Shown here one piece after another: positions 10,147 to 22,086 of a DNA stretch of 64,000 nucleotides. A program made the position numbers and the translations under genes. This DNA comes from an uncultured Planctomycetaceae bacterium. GTDB lineage: Bacteria > Planctomycetota > Planctomycetia > Pirellulales > PALSA-1355. Within the stretch, counting starts at the first letter, position 1; the number at the start of each line of letters is the position of its first letter. The notes under the pieces are model-generated. The model saw only the letters and a program-made list of their open reading frames with translations, was not told the DNA's origin and made no database searches. The stretch is from contig CAWAUV010000007.1 of the NCBI GenBank assembly GCA_963785305.1, positions 1,952,001 through 2,016,000 of the forward strand, read 5' to 3'.

Positions 10147-11551
10147 ATGAACGCCACCGAAGTGCTTAGAATCGTCGATGCCATTCATCGCGATAAAAAC
10201 ATCGACAAAGAGATCGTCTTTCAGGCGATCGAGGCCGCGCTGATCTCGGCCGCCAAGAAGCAATACGGCGAGGACCAAGATATCGTCGTCGCGATCGATC
10301 GCAAGGACGGCGCGATCAGCGGCACGCACAATGGAACGCCACTCGATCCCGAGGAAACGATGGGGCGCATCGTCGCCCAGACCGCCAAGCAGGTCATTAT
10401 TCAAAAAATTCGCGAAGCCGAGCGCGACGCCCTCTACGACGAATACCACGATCTCGTGGGCCAGATGATCACCGGGGTCGTGCATCGCTACGAAGGCGGC
10501 GCCGCCACGGTGCAGCTCAACAATGTCGAGGCGATTCTGCCTCGCAGCGAGCAAATTCCCGGCGAAACCCACCACGCCAACGAGCGGGTGCGGGCCACGG
10601 TGTTCGAAGTCCGCAAGGTGGGCAGCCGCGTGAAGGTGATTCTCAGCCGCACCCGACCGCAACTCGTGCAGCGGCTCTTCGAGCAGGAAATCCCCGAAAT
10701 CGCCGATGGCGTGATCAATGTGCGGGCCATGGCCCGCGAGCCGGGCTACCGCAGCAAGGTGGCCGTGAGCAGTTCCAACCAACGGGTCGACTGCGTGGGC
10801 GCTTGTGTCGGCGTGCGCGGCAATCGGATCAAGAATATCGTCGATGAGCTCTCGGGCGAGCGAATCGATATCGTGCGCTGGAGCGATGATTTGCAGGTTC
10901 TCGTGCCCAACGCGCTCCAGCCGGCCGAGGTCGAGGAAGTGATTCTTTGTCAGATGCTCGGCCGGGCGATCGTGCTGGTGCGCGAGGATCAGCTTTCGTT
11001 GGCGATTGGCCGCCGCGGGCAAAATGTGCGTCTGGCCAGCAAGCTCTGTGGCTGGGATATCGAGATCATGACCCGCGAGGAACTCGACGAGTCGATCGAG
11101 CGAGCCGTGGGCGGCTTCTCGGCGCTCGAGGGCGTGGATGATGGCCTGGCGGAAAAGTTGGTGGGCGAAGGGTTCTTGTCGTTCGATGATCTCGAGGTGA
11201 TCGAGCCCGACGCCTTGATGGAGATGGGTGAGTTGACCGAAGCGCAGGCCGACGCAATCGTCGCGCAGGCCGAAGTCAAGGCGCGGGAGGCCGAACAAGC
11301 TGCGGCGATCGAGCGTCGTCGACAGCGCGAGCAAGAGCGCCATCGACACCGCCACCGCCATGGCCGAAACACTCGAACGCGAGGCCGCCGAAAAGCTGCA
11401 GGCCGCCTTGAACGGGGCGGACGCGGGCGCCGCGGTGGCCGAGGGCGCCGCGGCGAGCTCGATCCAGGAGGGGTCTGGTCCCGCGACGGATGCGGCCCAC
11501 GCGCGCGAGCCCGAGGGCGGCGCCGCGCCGGTCGAAGGAAACTCGGCATAG
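10147..11551 (+). CDS. nusA: Transcription termination/antitermination factor NusA (probable indel near 11340)
   Basis: [79 protein letters not shown]. The acidic tail continues in ORF 11360-11551. Confidence 0.95.
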
Positions 11552-11775
11552 CGGCGCCGCGAATTCCCGTTCGGACGAACTGGACCAACTTCGTTCGGGC
11601 GGTCGCGCCGCGAGAAGCCGCGATGCCCGCGAGATTTGCCTGGAAGCAATCGGCCTTGGTGGTCGCGAGGGCTCATGAGGGAGAATTTGGTCATGAAGTG
11701 AGTTATTATCGAGGGTTTACGCCGCGTGGTGGGCGACCTGGTGGGTCGCCTTGCCCGGCGTCGGAGAAGTGAAAC

Positions 11776-14485
11776 TTGGCCGTTCGCATTTATTCATTAG
11801 CAAAAGAGCTGAAGCTCGACAGCAAGGTGCTGGTCGATATCTGCACGAGCGCGGGCGTGACCGGCAAGGGCTCGGCCTTGGCGAGTCTGACCGACGAAGA
11901 GGTCGACCGCGTGAAGGCGCATTTGGCTGGCGGCGCGGCAAAGTCGGCGGCGGCTGCGGCCGCCGTGGCCACCGCCGCGAAGCCTCCGGCGATTCCCAAG
12001 CCGTCGGTCGCTCCGCCGCCGAAGCGCGAGGCGCCTCCGCCCCCCGCGCCGGTTGAAGCGCCGCTTTCGTCGCAGCCACTGCGCCGGCCCGAGTTTTCGG
12101 CGCCGCCGAGCCTTTCCGATAGGGTGCCGGTGCTGCCGTCTTCCGATGCCTCGAAGGCCAGGAAAAAGCCGGCCGATGGTCCGCGTCCCGCGGGCTCGAA
12201 GTCGGGTCCGGGGCCGAAGTTCGCCCCATTGCCCTCGGTCTCGCAGCCCACGGCGCCAGCGCCGGCGGCGGAGCCCGCGCCTCAAAAGCCCGATCTGCGA
12301 TTGCCGATCGAGGCTCTCAGGGCCAGTCGCGCGGCCGGCGCAGGCCGCTCTCGGAGCAGCTTCGCAAGCACGAGCAGAAGCGAAAGGATAGTGCGCAAGG
12401 CGATTCGCCGGCGCCTTCCGAATCGGGCAAGCCCGTGTCGCGAGATCGCTTTGGTGGTCGCGGCAAGTCGCCGGCTCCCGCGCCGGCGCCATTGGCGCCC
12501 GATCGTGGAAATCGCCGCGGCGCCCGGGGTGGAACAGCGCCCCCGCGGCCGATGGCGAAGCCGCGCTGCTGGGCGGCCGCGAGCAGCGTCAGGCCAATCG
12601 CAAGCGCGTGGCGGGCAACCGTCGCGGCGGCGAGGATGAAGAAGGCGGCTCGCGTCCGCGCCGCTCGCTCGCGCGAAACCGTCGCGCCGCGCCCAGCGCC
12701 ACCATTGCCCGCAAGAGCAAGGCGATTCTCGAACTGCCCGCCACGATCCGCGGCTTTTCCGAAGCCACCGGAATTCCGGCCAAGCAGATTCTCGGTCAAT
12801 TGATGCAAATGGGCCACATGATCGCGATCACCGCGAATCTCGAGCCCGAACTGATCGAGGAATTGTCGCTCGAATTGGGCGTCGAAATCGAGGTCCGGCA
12901 TCCGGTGAGCTTTGCCGACCAACAGTTCGCCGCCGCCACGGAGCGCGAAGACGATCCGGCGGCGCTCGAAACTCGGCCGCCGGTGATCACTTTCCTGGGC
13001 CACGTCGACCACGGCAAGACATCGCTCCTGGATCGCATCATCGGCATCAATGTGGCCGGCGGCGAAAGCGGCGGCATTACGCAGCACATTCGCGCCTACC
13101 AGATCGACAAGGATGGCCGCAAGATTTCGTTTGTCGACACGCCGGGCCACGAGGCGTTTACCGAAATGCGCACCCGCGGAGCCAATGTGACGGACATCGC
13201 GGTGTTGGTCGTGGCCGCCGACGACGGCGTGATGCCGCAGACCGAAGAGGCCATCAGCCATATTCGCGCGGCCAATGTGCCGATTGTCGTGGCGCTTAAT
13301 AAGATCGACCTGCCGGGCATCGACGTGGATCGAATCTATCAGCAATTGGCCACGGCGAACCTGCTGCCGACCGAATGGGGCGGCGACACCGAAGTCGTGA
13401 AGACCAGCGCCACGACCGGCGTCGGGCTCGACAATTTGCTCGAGACCTTGCTCACGATCGCGGAGTTGCACGACTACAAAGCCAACCCCAGCCGGCCCGC
13501 CTCGGGCGCCTGTCTCGAAGCGGCGTTGCATGAGGGTCGCGGCGTGATCGCCAAGGTGATCGTGCAAAGTGGCACGCTGCGCGTGGGCGACGCGGTGGTC
13601 TGCGGCTCGTCGTTCGGCAAAGTCAAGGCCATGTACGACACGCTCAAGCCGGGCGTCACCTTCCAGGAAGCGCCGCCTTCGCTGCCGGTCAATCTCACCG
13701 GGCTCAACGAAGCGCCCGCCGCCGGCGAGCATTTCTATGTGCTCGACGATATCTCGGTGGCGCGCGAGATCGCCGAAAAGCGGGCCAGCCAAAGCCGCCG
13801 CGCCACGCTCGGCGGATATCAGGCCCATGTGACGCTCGAAAACCTGTTCGATCAACTCGGCAAGGAAGAAACCCGCACGCTGAACCTGATTTTGCGGGCC
13901 GATACCCGCGGCTCGATCGAAGCGATTCAGAAAGAGCTCACCAAGCTCGAACATCGCGAAGTGAAGATCAAGATCTTGCAGGCCACGGTCGGCGGCATCA
14001 CCGAGGCCGACGTGCATTTGGCCGACGCCTCGGACGCGATCATCGTGGGCTTCAACGTGGTGCCCGACGAAGGCGCCCGCTCGCTCTCCGAGCAGCGCGG
14101 CGTGCAGGTGCGGCGCTACGACATCATCTACAAAGTCACCGAAGACGTGAAATTGGCCCTCGAAGGCATGCTCAAGCCCGAGAAGCGCGAGCTCGAGCTC
14201 GGTCGGGCCCTGGTGCAGCGCACCTTCGTGATCAGCCGCCTGGGAACCATTGCCGGCTGCCGGGTGCTTTCGGGCACGATTCAGCGCAATTCGCGAGTGC
14301 GCTTGGTGCGCGACAGCCAGGTGATCGGCGACTATTCGCTCGAGTCGCTCAAGCGCGAGAAAGACGATGCCCGCGAGGTGCGCGAAGGCATGGAGTGCGG
14401 CATGAAGCTGGGCGGATACAACGATCTCAAGGAAGGCGATGTGCTGGAGGCCTACAAGGTCGAGGAGTTTGCCCGCACGTTTTAA
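11776..14485 (+). CDS. infB: Translation initiation factor IF-2 (indels near 12340 and 12550)
   Basis: N-terminal [17 protein letters not shown] domain [39 protein letters not shown]-terminus EGMECG. Confidence 0.96.
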
Positions 14486-14563
14486 CCCGTTGCCCCCTGG
14501 GCGGGGCGGCGGAGCATTCCGTGGCGGCGCGGGCGTCCCTCCGAGGCGGCGACGAAACGAACC

Positions 14564-15040
14564 ATGAGCTCCAGACGCGTTCAAAAAGTCGCCGCGGCGA
14601 TCCGCGAGGTGGTCGGCATGGCCATTCTCGCCGACACGAAGGATCCGCGCGTGCGCGATGTGACCGTGACCTCGGTCGAGGTCAGCGGCGACCTTCGCCA
14701 AGCCAAAATCCATGTGTCGATCATGGGCAGCGACAGCCGTCAGCAATTGGCCTTGCATGGGCTCAAGAGCGCCGCGGGATTTTTACAGAGCAAAATCGCC
14801 AAACGGATCGACACCCGCTATACGCCCCGGCTTGAGTTCGTGCTGGACCTGGGGGTCAAGAAATCCTTGGAGATCAGTCGTATTTTGCAAGAAGTACTGC
14901 CGAGCGCCGATCGCGCGGCGGAGGAACCGCCCATTGATGACGAGACGGGCGACGGAGAATCCGCTGGCGAAGAACAGGGCGACGAAGAACCGGGGGAGAT
15001 GGGGCCGATGTCGGGGTCCCGGGAAGCGCGGCCCGAGTGA
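14564..15040 (+). CDS. rbfA: Ribosome-binding factor A
   Basis: MSSRRVQKVAAAIREVV, KDPRVRDVTVTSVEVSGDLRQAKI, RYTPRLEFVLD. Follows infB. Confidence 0.95.
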   Translation: MSSRRVQKVAAAIREVVGMAILADTKDPRVRDVTVTSVEVSGDLRQAKIHVSIMGSDSRQQLALHGLKSAAGFLQSKIAKRIDTRYTPRLEFVLDLGVKKSLEISRILQEVLPSADRAAEEPPIDDETGDGESAGEEQGDEEPGEMGPMSGSREARPE

Positions 15041-15280
15041 TGGCGCCCTCGGGGCGCGCGGGAACGTGACAACGCTCCGCTTCGTTGGGCGGGGCCGCCT
15101 TTCTTAACGGAGGCGCCGGTAAAATGGATCGGAGCGAATAGGCGCTGGCGCCGATCGCTCGCCTGAAGAGACGAGAAAAAACGCGAGAAGCCGCCGGCGC
15201 CCGGAACGGCCCGGCTTGAAAATGCCTTGGTGAGCGGACATTCTGGAATTGTCGCTTCCTGGACCGATTTCGAGAGACGA

Positions 15281-16213
15281 ATGAGCACAAACCGCGCCGC
15301 GCTGCTGACCAAGATTCACAAAGCTCTCAAAAAGCATTACGCGCATCTCGCGCCGCGCGGCGAGCAGCCGCTGCTCGAGTCGCTGCTCTACGCCACGTGC
15401 CTCGAAAACAATCGCGAGGAAGTCGCGGACAAGGTGTTTCACTCGCTCAAGACATCGTTTTTCGATTGGAACGAAGTCCGCGTGACGACGGTGCGCGAGT
15501 TGGCCGAGGTAATGGCCCCGCTCGAAGACGCGAGCGTGGCGGCCGCGCATTTGAAAAGCGTGCTGCAGACCGTGTTCGAGTCGGAGTATTCCTTCGAGAT
15601 CGAGGCGTTTAAGAAACAGAATATCGGTCAAGCCGTCAAACAGTTGCAAAAGATCGAAGGCGCGACTCCGTTCTCCGTGGCCTACGCCACGCAGCGCGTA
15701 TTGGGTGGGCACTCGATTCCGCTCGATCGCGGCGCGTTGCAAGCGCTCTTCGTGCTCGGCGCCGCCACCCAGGCCGAGGTGGCCAGCGGCGCGGTCGCGG
15801 GGCTCGAACGCGCGATTCCCAAAAGCAAGGGCCAGGAATTCGGCGCCCTTCTGCACGCGATCGGCGCCGATTTCGTCGCGAATCCCTTCTCGTCCACGTT
15901 GCGGGATTTCGTGCTGTCGATCGTGCCCGACGCCAAGGATCGGCTGCCGAAGCGCGGCGTCAAGAAGCCCGAACCCGAGCCGCCGAAGAAGAAAGTCGCG
16001 GAGAAAGCCCCCGAGAAAGCGGCGGCCCCGGTGGAAGCGAAGAAAAAGGAACTACGAGCGGGCATGGCGGCGCCCAAGAACGGTCCGCCGCCCAAGAACG
16101 CCGTCCCGGCCAAGCCGGCCGCCGCGCGCAAGCCCGCCCCGCCGAAGCCGCCCAAGAAGTCGGCTCCGCCCGAAGTCAAAAAGAAAGTGCTCGCCAAGCG
16201 CAAGCCTCGCTAG
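15281..16213 (+). CDS. Endonuclease III/HhH-GPD-like protein with a Lys/Pro/Ala-rich C-terminal tail
   Basis: FFDWNEVRVTTVRELAEV, LQKIEGATPFSVAY, GGHSIPLD; an ~85-aa KPA-rich tail. Confidence 0.65.
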   Translation: MSTNRAALLTKIHKALKKHYAHLAPRGEQPLLESLLYATCLENNREEVADKVFHSLKTSFFDWNEVRVTTVRELAEVMAPLEDASVAAAHLKSVLQTVFESEYSFEIEAFKKQNIGQAVKQLQKIEGATPFSVAYATQRVLGGHSIPLDRGALQALFVLGAATQAEVASGAVAGLERAIPKSKGQEFGALLHAIGADFVANPFSSTLRDFVLSIVPDAKDRLPKRGVKKPEPEPPKKKVAEKAPEKAAAPVEAKKKELRAGMAAPKNGPPPKNAVPAKPAAARKPAPPKPPKKSAPPEVKKKVLAKRKPR

Positions 16214-16353
16214 TGTGTTTGGGCGCCGCCCGATGCGGGCGATGGACCACACGGATGTTTTATTGAAGAGACCGAGGCCGAGAATCGAGTGCTTGTCGCG
16301 GTGGCCCGGAGCAGGTCCGCGCGGCGCGATGCTGCTGGCCAGGGAGGTTCGCC

Positions 16354-18696
16354 ATGTCGAAATTGCATCGTGAAGCGAGTAACGCCTGGGAGATCGTTTC
16401 GCGAGCCGCTAGCGCCGCGGTCGCGAAACGCGTTTCGTGCCGGGCCGCGTTGCTTGTCGGATTGCTCGCTCTATTGCAATCGTGCCCAGGGTTTTCGCCG
16501 CTCGCCGCGCGCCGCGCTCGGGCCGATGAACCCGCGCCGGTGGCAAAAAACGAGGCGGCGCCGGCCAAGGGCGCAGAGCGCCAGCCGGGAGCGCTTGATC
16601 TCGACGATCCGGTGGAGCCGCTCACGCCGCTCAAGCCGCGCACCGGGCTAGAAGCCGATCGTGTCGAGGCCGAGGCGCTCTTCACCGCCGCGCGGGTCGC
16701 CGAGCAAAAGCAAGACTTCGCATCGGCCCTGCGATACTATCAACGGGCTTATCGCCGCGATCCCGGCAGCTCGGCCGCGCTGCGCGAGATTCCGTCGCTG
16801 GCCTTTTCGCTCGATCAGCCGGCGGTGGCGGTGCGCGATGCGGTGCTCGAGGGCGACACCGAAACAATGGAACCGGTGGCGTTGCGGCGGCTGGCGACGG
16901 CCCTGGTGGAAAACGGCGCCCATGAAGCGGCGCTGCGGCTCTTCAGGCGGTTGGCGAAGCTCGAAGCCCATGACAAGCCTTCGTCGGGCCAGGCCGCGCT
17001 CTGGATGCATTTGGGCCGGCTCGAGTTCAACGCCAAGCAATACTCCGCGGCGGCCGAGAACTTCGCTCGAGTCGTGAAGGCGCTCGACCATGCCGACGAA
17101 TATGGGCTCGATGATTCGCATCGCCGCCGCCTGCTCGGCAAGAGCGATCTCGCGTATTTGCTGTTCGGCGAGGCATTTCTTGAAGCTGGCCGGCTCGACG
17201 AAGCTTCGGCCGCCTTCGCAAAAGCCAACTCGCTCGTGCCCAACGAAGGCGTGTTCGCCTACAACCAGGCCCGAGTGCTTGAAAAAGAACACAAGCCGGC
17301 CGAAGCGCTGGAGCGCTTGAGCGTGTTCCTCGAAAAACATCCCGGCGGGCAAGGCCTGAGGCCCTATGAACTTTTGGCGCGGCTGCTCAAGGAAACCGGC
17401 GCCGAGGGGCAGCTCGACCCACGGCTCGATCAACTGTTGGCCATCGATCCTAACACGCCGCTGACCTTCTTCGCGGCCAAGCATTTCGAAGACACCGAGC
17501 AGTGGGATAAGTCCGAGCAGTTGTATTTGCGGCTCTTGGACGGCAAACCGGAAAAGACGCCCGCCGAGGTGCTCGCCGGCTTGGCCGATATCTATTGGCG
17601 CAAACACGATATTCCGCGACTGCTCGACACGCTGGGCGACGCCGCCGCGCGCGACGAAAGCCTCGCGCCCGTGAGCGAAGTGGCCAAAAAGCTGGCCGCC
17701 GAGCCGGACACCGTGCGACAGCTTGCCGATCTCGCGCGGAAAGATGCCGCCGATCCGAATGGCGACCCCAGCCCCAGCCGGCCGCTGGCCGTGGCGATGC
17801 TCGCGATCGAAGCCAAGGACTACGCGCTCGCGGGCGAGTTCTTCGACAAGGCGATCGCCGCCGCGCCGAACAAGAAAGCCGAGTTTTTGCTTCTCTGGGG
17901 ATCGGGCCTCTTGATCGCCGAACGCACCGACGACGCGATTCGCGTCTTTCGCCGGGGCATCTCCGAGCAAGCGCTGCCCGACAACGCCGCCTTCGATTTT
18001 TATCTCTCCGGAGCGCTCGAAATCGCCGGCCACACCGACGAAGCCTTGGCCGCCGCCGATCGGGCCGCCCAAGCCCGCAAGGATAACCCCCGTTTTCACG
18101 CCCGGCGGGCGTGGATCCTCTATCACGCCAAGCGCTACGACGCCGCGCGAGAAGCCTACCAGGCGCTGCTCAAGAAGTTCGACGCGAACCACGATTCGGA
18201 AGATGCCCGCGAGGCGCTCCGCGACGCGCGATCGGCGCTGTCGAATATCGAAGTCGCCGAGCACCACATGGACGCCGCCGAGGAATGGCTCGAGCAGGTG
18301 CTCGATGAATTTCCGGAAAACATCGGCGCGCTCAACGATCTGGGCTATCTCTGGGCCGACGAAAACAAACATCTCGATCGCGCGCTGCGCATGATCGAGG
18401 TGGCGGTGAAGGCCGAGCCGAAGAACATGGCCTACCTCGACAGTCTGGGCTGGGCGCTGTTTCGCTTGGGCCGCTACCGCGAGGCGATTCCCCCGCTCAC
18501 GGCCGCCACGGCCGATCCGAAAGCCGACACCACGGTGTTCGAGCACCTGGGCGACGCCGAGGACAAAGCCGGCCACGCCGCGGCGGCCGACGCCGCTTGG
18601 CAAAGCGCGGTCAAGCGAATGGAAGACGAGAAAGAGCCCGACCAACAAAAGATCGCCGCGATCAAAGCCAAATTGGCTCGCGGCAAGAACCCCTGA
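16354..18696 (+). CDS. Exported tetratricopeptide-repeat protein
   Basis: Signal-like N-terminus, many TPR-like helices, C-terminal ALNDLGYLWAD...AYLDSLGWALFRLG...EHLGDA. Confidence 0.85.
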   Translation: MSKLHREASNAWEIVSRAASAAVAKRVSCRAALLVGLLALLQSCPGFSPLAARRARADEPAPVAKNEAAPAKGAERQPGALDLDDPVEPLTPLKPRTGLEADRVEAEALFTAARVAEQKQDFASALRYYQRAYRRDPGSSAALREIPSLAFSLDQPAVAVRDAVLEGDTETMEPVALRRLATALVENGAHEAALRLFRRLAKLEAHDKPSSGQAALWMHLGRLEFNAKQYSAAAENFARVVKALDHADEYGLDDSHRRRLLGKSDLAYLLFGEAFLEAGRLDEASAAFAKANSLVPNEGVFAYNQARVLEKEHKPAEALERLSVFLEKHPGGQGLRPYELLARLLKETGAEGQLDPRLDQLLAIDPNTPLTFFAAKHFEDTEQWDKSEQLYLRLLDGKPEKTPAEVLAGLADIYWRKHDIPRLLDTLGDAAARDESLAPVSEVAKKLAAEPDTVRQLADLARKDAADPNGDPSPSRPLAVAMLAIEAKDYALAGEFFDKAIAAAPNKKAEFLLLWGSGLLIAERTDDAIRVFRRGISEQALPDNAAFDFYLSGALEIAGHTDEALAAADRAAQARKDNPRFHARRAWILYHAKRYDAAREAYQALLKKFDANHDSEDAREALRDARSALSNIEVAEHHMDAAEEWLEQVLDEFPENIGALNDLGYLWADENKHLDRALRMIEVAVKAEPKNMAYLDSLGWALFRLGRYREAIPPLTAATADPKADTTVFEHLGDAEDKAGHAAAADAAWQSAVKRMEDEKEPDQQKIAAIKAKLARGKNP

Positions 18697-18735
18697 AATT
18701 CAACTGTTTTTTCATCGTGAACGCGAGTCGAAACC

Positions 18736-19485
18736 ATGGCTGGACATTCCCACTGGGCCAACATTGCCCGTAAGAAATCGCTGATCGACAACAAGCGCGG
18801 CAAGGTCTGGAGCAAGCTCTCCAAGGCGATCATCGTCGCGGCCAAGGCCGGCGGCGGCGATCCCGACGCGAACCTCAAGCTCCGCTACGCCATCGACGCG
18901 GCCAAGGCGATCAGCATGCCCAAGGAAAACATCCAAAGGGCCATCAAACGCGGCACGGGCGAGATGGAAGGCGGCAATCTCGAGGAAGTGCTCTACGAAG
19001 GCTATGGCGCCGGCGGAGTGGCCGTGCTCTGCGAAATCTTGACCGACAATCGCAACCGCACCGCCGGCGAGATTCGCAAAGTGTTCGAACTGGCCGATGG
19101 CAAGCTCGGCGCCACCGGCTGCGTGGCTTGGATGTTCGAGCGCAAAGGCATGTTTCTCATTCCCGGCAATGTGATGGACGAGGACACGCTGCTCGAATTC
19201 GCCCTCGAACATGGCGCCGACGACGTGAAACGCGTCGATGACAAATTCGAAGTCACCTGCGACCCGAGCGCCTTCGGCCAGGTCGACGCCGCCCTGCGAG
19301 CCAAGGGCATCGAACCCGAACTGGCCGAAATCAGTCGCATTCCCACCTCGACCGTCGATCTCGACGCCGACGCCGCCCGCAAGGTGCTGGCCCTCATGGA
19401 ACGCTTGGACGACCACGACGACGTGCAGAGCGTGTCGGCCAATTTCAATATTCCCCAAGAAGCGATGGCCGCGATCAAGGGCTGA
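18736..19485 (+). CDS. yebC: YebC/PmpR family protein
   Basis: MAGHSHWANIARKK, YEGYGAGGVAV, TDNRNRT, LDDHDDVQSVSAN. Confidence 0.95.
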   Translation: MAGHSHWANIARKKSLIDNKRGKVWSKLSKAIIVAAKAGGGDPDANLKLRYAIDAAKAISMPKENIQRAIKRGTGEMEGGNLEEVLYEGYGAGGVAVLCEILTDNRNRTAGEIRKVFELADGKLGATGCVAWMFERKGMFLIPGNVMDEDTLLEFALEHGADDVKRVDDKFEVTCDPSAFGQVDAALRAKGIEPELAEISRIPTSTVDLDADAARKVLALMERLDDHDDVQSVSANFNIPQEAMAAIKG

Positions 19486-19525
19486 TCTTCTCCCGCCGCG
19501 CTGTTCTCCAGAGGGATTTTTCGTC

Positions 19526-20563
19526 ATGGAATATCGACGACTTGGCGGCTCGGGCCTCATGGTTCCCGTGCTTTCGTTCGGCACCGGCACCTTTGGCGGC
19601 GGCAACGAATTCTTCAAGGCCTGGGGCTCGACCACGGCCAAGGAAGCCACGCGCCTGGTGGATATCTGCCTCGAGGCCGGACTCAACATGTTCGACTCGG
19701 CCGATGTGTATTCCGGCGGCATGGCCGAGGAGATTTTGGCGCGAGCCATCAAAGGCCGCCGCGATCAGGTGTTGATCTCGACCAAGGGCACGTTTCGCAC
19801 CGGCCCCGGACCGAACGATGTCGGCTCCTCGCGCATTCATCTTGCCCAAGCGGTCGAGGCGAGTCTCCGTCGCTTGGGAACCGATGTGATCGATCTCTAC
19901 CAGTTGCATGCCTTCGACGCGATGACGCCGATCGAGGAGACCATGCACGCGCTCGACGACTTGGTGCGCGCCGGCAAGATTCGCTACATTGGCTGCTCGA
20001 ACTTTTCCGGTTGGCAATTGATGAAATCGCTCGCCGTGAGCGATCGCCATGGACTGGCTCGCTATGTGGCCCATCAGGCTTACTATTCGCTCGTCGGGCG
20101 CGACTACGAATGGGAGCTCATGCCGCTGGGGATCGCCGAGCGCGTGGGCGCCGTGGTCTGGAGTCCCTTGGGCTGGGGGCGGCTCACCGGCAAGGTGCGT
20201 CGCGGCGTCGCGCTCCCGCAAACCAGTCGGCTGCACGGCAAAAAGTCGACCGAAGCAGGTCCCCAGATCGACGATGAATATCTCTTCGGAGTCGTCGACG
20301 CGCTCGAGGCCGTGGCCAAGGAAACCGGCAAGCTCGTGCCCCAGGTGGCGCTCAATTGGCTGTTGCGGCGGCCGACCGTGGCAACGGTGATTATCGGCGC
20401 GCGCCATGAAGAGCAGTTGCGCCAGAATCTCGACACCGTGAATTTCGAGCTCGCGGCCGAGCAGATCGCGAAGCTCGACGCCGCCAGCGCTCGGCCCGTG
20501 GCCTATCCCTACTGGCATCAGCGGAGCAGTTTCAAGGATCGCAATCCGCCGCCGGTGTGGTAG
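19526..20563 (+). CDS. Aldo/keto reductase
   Basis: MEYRRLGGSGLMVPVLSFGT, FDSADVYS, SLRRLGTDVIDLYQLH, GKIRYIGCSNF, WSPLGWGRL. Confidence 0.93.
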   Translation: MEYRRLGGSGLMVPVLSFGTGTFGGGNEFFKAWGSTTAKEATRLVDICLEAGLNMFDSADVYSGGMAEEILARAIKGRRDQVLISTKGTFRTGPGPNDVGSSRIHLAQAVEASLRRLGTDVIDLYQLHAFDAMTPIEETMHALDDLVRAGKIRYIGCSNFSGWQLMKSLAVSDRHGLARYVAHQAYYSLVGRDYEWELMPLGIAERVGAVVWSPLGWGRLTGKVRRGVALPQTSRLHGKKSTEAGPQIDDEYLFGVVDALEAVAKETGKLVPQVALNWLLRRPTVATVIIGARHEEQLRQNLDTVNFELAAEQIAKLDAASARPVAYPYWHQRSSFKDRNPPPVW

Positions 20564-20635
20564 TCGGCGGAGGGTTGCCGACGTTTCGCCTCGCCGCAAC
20601 GAAGTTTCGCGTGGCGTCGAACTGGAGCGTGGCGC

Positions 20636-21840
20636 ATGGATGACCAGCGCGAGGGCGCGAACGCGCCGCCCCGGCCGTGGTTGATGGAAAGTCCGCCAGG
20701 CGCACGCACGCGCATCGCCGGTCGCGAGTTTCTCTATTTCGCCGGCTCGGGCTATCTCGGTCTTCAGGGCGATCGACGCGTGATCGAAGCTCTGCAATCC
20801 GCGGCGGCTCGGTTCGGCTCGCACTGCGCAACGAGTCGCACCTTGTTTGGCGACTGCGCGCCAGTGCGCGAGGTGGAAGAGCGAGCCGCCGCATGGTTTG
20901 GGGCCGACGCATCGCTCTATTTGCCGAGCGGCTACGCTGGCAATTTCGCGATCGCCGCGGCGTCGCGCCCGACGTGCATTTGGCTCTGATCGATGAAGCG
21001 GCGCATGATAGTTTGCGCGAAGCGGCCCGGAGCTTGGCGAGCCTCGAGCGGCCGCCGCTGGTGTTTCGCCATCGCGATCCGAACCATGTGCGCGAATTGC
21101 TTTCCGCGCGTGCGCGGGTCGGCCAGCATGCAATCCTGCTGACCGATGGCGTGTTTTCGGCCAGCGGCCGCTTGGCGCCGGTGACGGATTATTTAGACGT
21201 GCTCGATCGCTTCGAGGGCGGCATGCTGCTGGTCGACGACGCGCATGGCGTGGCGACGCTCGGGGCCACGGGCCGCGGTTCGCTGGAACTGGCCGGCGTC
21301 GCGGCGCCGGAAATCAACCGCGCGCTCGACGAGCCGCTGACCCGATCGACTCGCGTCTTCCAATCGGCCACGCTCAGCAAGGCGATTGGTGGCTATGGCG
21401 GAGTGGTGGCGGGCAGCGAGCGGTTTCTCTCGCGGGTGCGGGCGGGGAGCGGCTGGCATCGCGCGGCGAGCGCCCCTCCGGCCCCGATGGCGGCCGCCAC
21501 GGCCCAGGCGCTGGAAATCGCGGCCCGCGAGCCGGAACTTCGCCAGCGACTCGCGCGAAACATCGCCCTGGCTCGAACCTCGCTCCGGTCGGCCGGCGCC
21601 GAAGTCTTCGACGAGCCGACGCCCGTGATCGCCCTGGAGCTCGACTCTCCGCCGGGCGAGGCCGCCGAGCGGATGCAGCTTGTGCAAAGCCGGCTGCTCG
21701 CGGCCGGAATCGCGATCGCCTATGTCGGGCACTATGCGGGCGCCGGACCGGCCGGCCTGTTGCGAATCGCGGTCTTTGCCACGCATTCTTCGGCCATGAT
21801 CGAGCGGCTGGCGAGAGAATTGGCGCCCCTGCTGCGGTAA
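20636..21840 (+). CDS. PLP-dependent class II aminotransferase, 8-amino-7-oxononanoate synthase-like (indel near 20960)
   Basis: FAGSGYLGL, LPSGYAGN, IDEAAHDSL, FRHRD, TDGVFSASG, LVDDAHGVATLG, TLSKAIGGYGG. Confidence 0.85.
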
Positions 21841-22086
21841 TGGGCCGCGAGGGCTCGAGGGCTCTGGGGAGAGCAGAGCATGAGACCAACTCCTCGAACT
21901 TCGCAAAAAAACGGATTTTGAGGATTGAACCGCATGGAGGGTGGAAGTAGTCTCAGTAGGTCACGATGCGGTACTCCACCGCATGGCGATCCTTTCCCGG
22001 AATTAACGCGGCCTTTCTCAACACTTTAGTGCGGTTTACCAACTTCGGCGCCTTTCGCAGCGCCGTTTTTGCTTGGACTCGGAGCT

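Noticed and set aside
11340..11360. HRHRHRH tract in NusA as a metal-binding motif
   Set aside because: It arises from reading past a probable indel; the real tail is in the other frame.
12317..14758. Long antisense ORFs (also 10018-11694, 16648-18648, 35974-37683)
   Set aside because: Shadow ORFs opposite well-supported genes in high-GC DNA.
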